The notes beneath the pieces were generated by a model, which saw only the letters and a list, made by a program, of their open reading frames with translations, had not been told where the DNA came from and searched no databases. A stretch of DNA of 52,628 nt, the filler included, from Sphacelaria rigidula (lineage: Eukaryota): NCBI GenBank assembly GCA_964200075.2. It is 4 parts of 4 records of this genome, joined end to end, with 100 filler letters (N's around TTAATTAATTAA, not from the genome) between each part and the next. Parts side by side here need not be neighbours in the genome. Positions count along the whole stretch, not along the records: positions 39,548 to 52,628 come from CAXNAA020003167.1; 3 more parts are not named here. One strand, written 5' to 3'. Below, piece by piece: positions 45,782-52,628 of this stretch (within the stretch, counting starts at the first letter, position 1; each line of letters begins with the position of its first letter). The position numbers and the translations under genes were made by a program.

Positions 45782-48700
45782 ATGGGTCGAGATAGCAACA
45801 GCGACGGAGAGGGTGCGGGTTTGGAGATAGATTGGGAGTCCTTGAAGGGTCAGCTGTCGGCGGGAACATTGCAGGCTTTGCAGCAACATGCACAGGTGAA
45901 TCATGATGGCATATCAACATCCCTATTGCCTCACTCAAAACCGTCCCCTGCGATCGTCATGCTCATGGAATGGACTGTCATCAATCGCCGCATACGACCT
46001 TTTTACACGCCTCACTGAAGGTTCCATGCTACAATATGTCAAATTCTGCACTGTCTTGCGTTCCACTGAGTGCACAGTACAAGTCGAAGTGCTGCGCATT
46101 TGTCATATATTCAGTAATGTGCTGTAGATGACGGAGTATAACACCCTCGTTATAGCATACAAGATACAAGATACATAGGCGCCAGGGTAAGAGCAAGCAG
46201 GGTTCAAATCATTGTCTAATATCGTCGGAGAGGGTCGATGAAGTTCAGACATGGCCTGTGGCATGAACGATTGCCCATGCGTCTGAATTCGCCATTCTTG
46301 GAGATTATAAGGCAACTGCGATCACCTCCTGCATTACGCGAACAGCAAAGGGGAGGACGCAGCTATCTCGTCTCTCGATCACTTTGTCCGCTACCCGCCC
46401 CCTTCATAATATAAGGATGAGGTACGGCAGTAGTAAAATTCAAGGATTGTGTATCGGTAGGGATATGTGATAGCATCGGTCGATATACAATACAGTGGCG
46501 CGGCCTATTTGCAGGTGGGGTATGCAAATAAGGGGCGACAGGTCGCGTATCCCTCCAGAACCAAATCCTCTAGAAATCTTTTTCAAACTCTGCACAAACG
46601 AAACATCAGTCGTACTCCACCGCAGCTCAACCCAGGGCACTTGAGAAAAGATCCCATGACATCGACAGCGATATACTCTGTGTTCGGCAATGACAAGCCA
46701 GTAGTCGTAATGCGTTGACTCTGTATCCTTGGTCAACCAAAACATCGTGCACGCTACATCATAGCCGAACTGAAGACGCCGACTGTATTATGCAGAAGCT
46801 GTTCGCTACTGAGAATACTGTACCACCATGATCGCACCGCGCTGTCTGTACACTGTTCTGTGGAGACTATCCAGACGGCAGTGCGACCGTTAGTAATGTT
46901 CTTGCATCCTCCCGTCTATACATTGTTCTGCGGAGACTATCCAGACGGCAGTGCGACCATTAGTAATGTTCTTGCATCCTCCCACTTGACAACAGCACAA
47001 CGAACCCCGTTCAGTACACATACTGTACTATTACTGTTGCTTGTCGTCCGCTGTACAGCGTACCATCTGCACAGCAGGTGAGAGATAACAACGGTAGCAC
47101 AATGGTACTGTGGTTTCACAAAGTCAACTGGTAAGATAACGGGATCCATCGACACATCGTTACCTACATGGCTACACTATTCTCTCGCACATAAGCCGCG
47201 GTGGGGGTGGAATTTTGGGGGCTCTTTGTACGCCGAGCCTCGTTTCGGTACAATATTTCGACTGCTACCGGCTGGATATGTGCAATCAAGGCCGCGCAAC
47301 CACGTGCTACTCTGAAAGCTTTGAACAAGGTGCAATGCATGCAGGTCCATACATATAGTGCAGACTGTCCGTACTGTTGGCATACATGAAGGTGTGGAAA
47401 AAATTCGATTAGTGTTCAGTGCAGACAGCACTCCATAGGGCGGAGGGGATTCCTAAATAGTCTCGTCAATAAGCAGAATACTGTAGATTTACAAGTGGTG
47501 GTGTTTGTATCTCTGAACGGTTTTGTCGTTCACATGCTGGTTTGCAATATTGGAGCATAAATGTACGTGGTTAAAGGCTACGTAGACTGTGAGATACGGC
47601 ACACGCAACATTGGGCCGCAAGGACTCCACAAGGGCACGGCAGCACAGCACAGTACGTGCTATCAAGCACGATTTGTCTGTGTGTGTGTGTGTGTGTGTG
47701 TGTTTTCAAAAGATTTGTTCCGACCGGCCGGAAGCAACCGCAAAACTTGCAGCAAAACCTAGCTTTGCAACGTATGTTGATCTATGTACACACGAAATCG
47801 ATGATTGTAGATTGAGGTATCTACTACTTGGTATCATATAATGTGTATGGCTACTTCCACGAGTCGAGCATTCACTAACTTGTGACACACATATATATAT
47901 ATATATATATACATGTATATTTTTTTATGTTTGCTTTAACACTGATATTGAAGTACCACGAAGTGTTTTGGAGTACTACATCACGAGAGAGCCTGCGAGA
48001 CGGCATCGCCGCACAAGACGTGGGTTATAGGTTACCGCACTCTCAGGTTACTCTGGGGGTTTCAGGGTATCCGCAGTACCGACCGAGTACCACGGGGTAC
48101 CCGCGACATCGACTGCCGAAAAAACTGAGTAGTAAAGTCGTCATGTGCATGTGGTTCGGGTAGAGTACCGGACTCGAGGAAACCTTAAATTCAAGAGGTA
48201 TCGACAGTACCGAGAACCAGAGAGAGCCCAGATTATTTCGGGGTTCCTTCAACACTAGTCCCCACCCCTTATCCTTCCACCAAAGGTTGTTGGGTCAGGG
48301 TACCGTGTCCCAGCGTATCCTGAATTTCCAGGGTATTTGTCGTGCGGAGTACCAGAGGGCATCCTGGATATCTGTTGTGTGTACTGAGTAGTCCAGGGTA
48401 CTGGAGATAACACTCCTGTACTCGTACCCTTACTCTGACGGTCGTTGATTCAGGGCACCGTTCCCGGCGTACCCTTTTACTTTCCAGGGTATTTGTAGTG
48501 CAGGGTATCAGAGGGTATCCAGGATATCGAGTGTTGTGTATATCGATGATTTCAGGGTACATGAGATAACTCGCCTGCACCCACACCGAGACTCGTATCC
48601 GTTCTCCAGTAGTGGTTGGCTCAGGGCACCGTACCCCAGCGTACCGTGAATTTCCAGGATATTTGCAGTACGGAGTGCCGGAGAGTACCCAGCATATCCA

Positions 48701-51700
48701 CTTTGAAATACACGGAGTGTTCGAGGGTACCTGAAATACTCTCTGGTACCCGTGCCCAAAAGTTGTTCAGATTTAGGCACTCTGGCTTTCTAAGGTACTT
48801 GCAGTATCGAACACCGAATGGTACCCGGAGTGTCGACTACTGAATAATTCAAGTATTTCAATGTACCTGAAAAATAAACCTGTACTCGTACCTTTACAGT
48901 GGTGAGTTGAGTCAACCACACCCAGCTATCCTGAGCTTTTCAATTTATTTGCAGCAACGAATATTGACGGTAAAAAATATAAGCGTTCGAGAGTACCAGA
49001 AATATCAACCCGTACCCGTGCTCAAACGTGAGCGTGATCACCTCTGGATCGATAGGTGCCATCACTGCGCTTTTGTTGCGGCACATGGGGCGATACTGCG
49101 CAGCACCGTTCCCAAGCGAGCTCGGCTGTGTTAAATGTCTACTGTATTTCGGCAATCTTTGTAAGCGCATATTATGATTGTAGCTTGTAGACTTGGCGTG
49201 AAAAGCCGTCGTGCAACGGCTACGCTAACGTGTTATGAATTTGTAGTATTTCGCGATGAGTTGGGTTGAGGCAAGCTGTGCAAGCACAAGCGGACACGAA
49301 AGTGATACATTGTGCAAGGAAAAACGGCACGAAAATCCAATAGAGCTTACGCATTTGTCGTATAAGTTTTCGTTTGTACTTGATTTTGAAGTTGTTGTCT
49401 TCACATTGAAAACCGTTCCGATATATGCGCGATACATTCGTACTGGGCATCTGATGCGGACACCTTCCGTGGTCACGGGCTAGCTACCTATAACAAGTTA
49501 TGGGGGAAAAAAAAAAAAGACAGACCTAGATTGAAACTCACAAAACGCGATATGAGGTGAACATCGATATTCGGATCTCGAGAGAGGCTGACAGGCCCGA
49601 GTGCTCCTAGCCTACGCAAAACGCGTTTTTGTTCACAATGACGACGAATTGAGGTCTGCCAACGCACACATTGCATAGAGCACCCCCTGTACCCCCTTGC
49701 CCGAGTCTTCTCGTATGACTTGAGTTTGGGCCGGGGTAGGGCCGCTCCTTATAACAGACAAACATAAAAATCGGGAAACGTGCCTTTTTGGAGCTTTTAC
49801 GTCGTTTCACGCCCCAAAAGAGAGCTAGGCTGAGTTTAATACCATGGAATGACTTGCTCCACTAGTTGAGGCGGTTCCAGGACATGTTCCCGTTTCCCGG
49901 TGGCCGCGTTTTTTGTTTTGGCCAAGCATGGCAAAAAACAGTCAAGTCCAAAGAAAAGTGGCAATTTTTCCCAGATTTGACTGTTTTTTGCCGTTCTTGG
50001 ACAACAGTTCTTGTCTGGCCAGAACGGAAAATACGGCCACCGGGAAACGGGAAGATGTCCCGGAACCGCCTCAACTAGTAGAGCAAGCCGTCCCAAGGTG
50101 TCAAACTCCGCCTAGCTCTCTTTTGAGGCGTAAAACGACGTGAAAACTCCAAAAGGGCACTTTTCCAGATTTTTCTCTTGTCTGTTATAAGGAGCGGCTC
50201 AAGGGTCAGCGTAAGTCCGAAATCGTATTTATCCGGGAAGGGTTTGTGCCCCCCGGTGGTGTAATGGTCCGACTGTCACCATTAGGGTGGAGGGAACCAG
50301 GGTTTGATTCCCGATGCGTTGAGTTTTTTCTTCGCAATGTTTCCGGCGGGGGTTACGTAGTTTTTCTCGCCCAGACGTATGTAGAGGTATCTCAAGCTCG
50401 AGATACCCGTTATATTGCACAGTAATTTACAGATAAATATATGGCATAGTGCGGTACAGCGCTCTAAGGTAACGTTGTGCGATCTTATTCGGGCGCGCGC
50501 CCTCATGCCAAAATCTTGAGCTGCAGTATACTCGTTGCGGCGTATTACAGATAACAGGGAGTACAGTACTGCGATGCTTATTTCCTCCGTTCGATATCAG
50601 CGCTGCTGCTGAAATGGCATGTCAGTGGAGAGAGGCACATATTTTCTTTGAAGAGATCATCTGCGCTCTGCAACACAACAGTACATTAACCTCGCAGCAG
50701 ACCGAAGCGCCGTCAGAGCAGCCAACGCGTACATGCTGCTCTGTGTTGCTGTTGTGCCCACGCAAATGGGGACAGACAGTGACGGGTGAGTGACATAATT
50801 TGCTTCACAGTACAGTAGTAAGCAGTGGGTGTAGTATGCCTTGTAAGGTACAATCTGCAAAAACACGAGGTACAGCATCCTTGAGTAGGGATGTCGCGGT
50901 GCATACAGCCGCCGCAAAACCGGCTCTGTGCATACACATCGACCGGACCGCAGTTCCAACAAGATACAAATTGGGCATAAGTTACTATTTCACGATGATT
51001 GCCGGACAAAACAAACTCAAAATGCCACAAACGTCGGCTCATGACCCAACTCAGCAAGCACACAATCGCTGCGATGTTGTATGCACGCCTGTAGCAACGT
51101 GTCATTATCTCAATCTCGAGTAGTAGCCCGCAGCATGATCGCTCTTGATCTCAACTATTTTTGTACCCACATTTGCTCAATGTCCATACTCGCAGTGCAG
51201 CCGAGATTTCATGTTGCATCGCCACCGGAAAGACAAATGGTCGAAAAGCGATTCGGAGTCCAGTCGAGTGATAAAATGTTCATATTGGCGAGGATAAATT
51301 ATTTTCCCGCTTCTTTCGCTACTTGAACTGGGGTTGAACACTCGCGAACCCAGCAAGCCATTTACTATGCGGTCAGTTGTCGAATTGCAAGTTGTCGTCA
51401 CCGTTATTTCAGTCATGTTTTTATCGCTTCGTCGTTGCTATGTATATTATTGCCGTTATTATCATGGTTTTTACCATCATGAACATTACTTGAGGTGATG
51501 ATTACAACATGACATTTTCCCGGCTGTGACTATCACAATTATGATCGTCACTTTTTCTCAATTTTCATACCCGCAGTCCGGAATAGTTTTCACTTTTTGT
51601 TTTCATGATTTGTTTTCTACAGTAACGGTGAAGGAGCCAACTCCGCAACGACCGTTTAGTACCCTCCGCTCTACTGTCTTGAATATGCACTTTAGCTCGT

Positions 51701-52119
51701 CATCAATACCCGCAGCCCTGCAGGAGTTTTCGTGAGTTTTTGTTTCATATGCAAAATGATAATTTCGAGAGAGGGTCAGTCTTCACGAGGGCTTGTCAAG
51801 GCAAGAATACCGAGACCCTCGAAAAAGACGGACGGCACCGGAGCGTAGCCCTGGGTCCCGTACGGCTTGTTTATATATATATATGTCGACCATTTTCACG
51901 ACAACTGCGTAAGCACGACTCCGAGAATCGAGCAACTTGTGAGCTTGAATTATTTCGTGGGTTCGTTTTTTTTTTAGTCACTTTTTCCTTGTTGTGATGA
52001 TGAAAATCAGGCGAAGATGTTTTTCGAAGACGAGCTGATCGCCCTGCGCGACCAGAGCAAGGCCCACGCGGACGCTTTTAAGGACGACCCAGATGCCAGC
52101 CAGAGAGATTTGTTTTCAG
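45782..52119 (+). CDS. Probable EEF1A lysine methyltransferase 1 (EEF1AKMT1/N6AMT2/EFM5) homolog; first two exons 45782-45895 and 52011-52119; 3'-partial
   Basis: Exon 1 MGRDSNSDGEGAGLEIDWESLKGQLSAGTLQALQQHAQ|GT joins in phase 0 to exon 2 AG|AKMFFEDELIALRDQSKAHADAFKDDPDASQRDLFS-G|GT. This fits the recalled family N-terminus (acidic start, LSAxxLxAL, helical linker, LFxE before WQLSQFWY). The catalytic domain is beyond the window. Confidence 0.6.
46844..46983. repeat. Recent 70-nt tandem duplication
   Basis: 46844-46913 vs 46914-46983, four substitutions. Confidence 0.92.
48022..49025. mobile_element. GGGTAC/GTACCC-rich repeat element with three ~155-170-nt internal subrepeats
   Basis: CAGGG.ACCGT..CC.GCGTA.C....TTTCCAGG.TATTTG starts at ~48296, ~48451 and ~48622. 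A similar motif-rich stretch lies at 19615-19830. Confidence 0.7.
49740..50199. mobile_element. ~460-nt fold-back MITE (PIF/Harbinger-like)
   Basis: Almost wholly palindromic: GGCCGCTCCTTATAACAGACAA / TTGTCTGTTATAAGGAGCGGCT, with arms of about 200 nt. Confidence 0.88.
50249..50330 (+). mobile_element. Degenerate tRNA-like head (SINE or tRNA pseudogene)
   Basis: A-box TGGTGTAATGG (50257-50267), B-box-like GGTTTGATTCC (50301-50311) and T-run 50324-50329. No clean cloverleaf. Confidence 0.55.
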
Positions 52120-52628
52120 GTATGTAAAATTTGATGCGAGATGTCGGAAATGACATATGAGGAGCAAATGAAAGCACGGATGACTATGAACGGGGACACT
52201 TCCCATTAACGTCTGTAGGGGATCCATACGCCGGATAATGACAGGAGATTACGTCATCAAACAGTGTACTGCGTACGGTATCGACTATTTCGTCTTCTGC
52301 AATGAGGCAAAATAATCCATACTGTACGCAGTACACTTTTTGACAATGTAGTCCATTGTCCAGGGTGTGGATGACTTTTGGACGCCTGATTACAGTAAGG
52401 TATTATTATTACGTCGTTATTTAGTGATAGCGCGCCCTGATGGCCTGATAGTACAACTGAACCATTGGGGGCGGGGAAACCGCGGGTCCGATTACTAACG
52501 AGTGCATGTAGTTTGAGTTTTTCCTTAGCTCAGACACTTTCTACGACTAAGGCAAGCAACAAATGATTACCCCCAACCTCTAGACTCTTGGGTTGGCGTC
52601 GAGTGGCAACGGCGCTGTAAAACAAGCC

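Noticed and set aside
51690..51735. AALQEF peptide resembling the EFM5 N-terminus
   Set aside because: Short match with no consistent exon structure; the equivalent motif is already supplied by exon 45782-45895.
29127..52119. Translation-quality-control cluster (pelota plus eEF1A methyltransferase)
   Set aside because: The genes are on different scaffolds separated by an artificial linker.

Overview
Eukaryotic, intron-rich, repeat-dense DNA. The long introns, GC3-rich exons, repeat types and an algal-type plastid gene point to a brown alga (Phaeophyceae); this is inference. The window is not one locus. It is four near-equal-length scaffolds (13083, 13083, 13081 and 13081 nt) joined by 100-nt N44-TTAATTAATTAA-N44 linkers, so nothing should be read across the joins. 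Scaffold 1 holds the decayed 3' end of a chromodomain-bearing Ty3/Gypsy element with its LTR, a tRNA-derived SINE, three arrays of a 42-nt palindrome-containing unit, and MITEs. Scaffold 2 holds four exons of a minus-strand cyanobacterial-type bPH_2 (DUF304) PH-domain gene whose introns are filled with MITEs. Scaffold 3 holds a 9-exon pelota (PELO/Dom34) gene with a back-to-back inverted pair of Copia RNase H remnants in intron 1. Scaffold 4 holds a divergent gene pair: a low-complexity protein gene (minus) and a probable EEF1AKMT1/EFM5 methyltransferase gene (plus, first two exons). The most unusual signal is a ~435-nt stretch with no AG on the minus strand upstream of a 53-nt exon, suggesting a distant branch point and possibly a poison or mutually exclusive exon. 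No CRISPR array, rRNA or intact tRNA gene was found.
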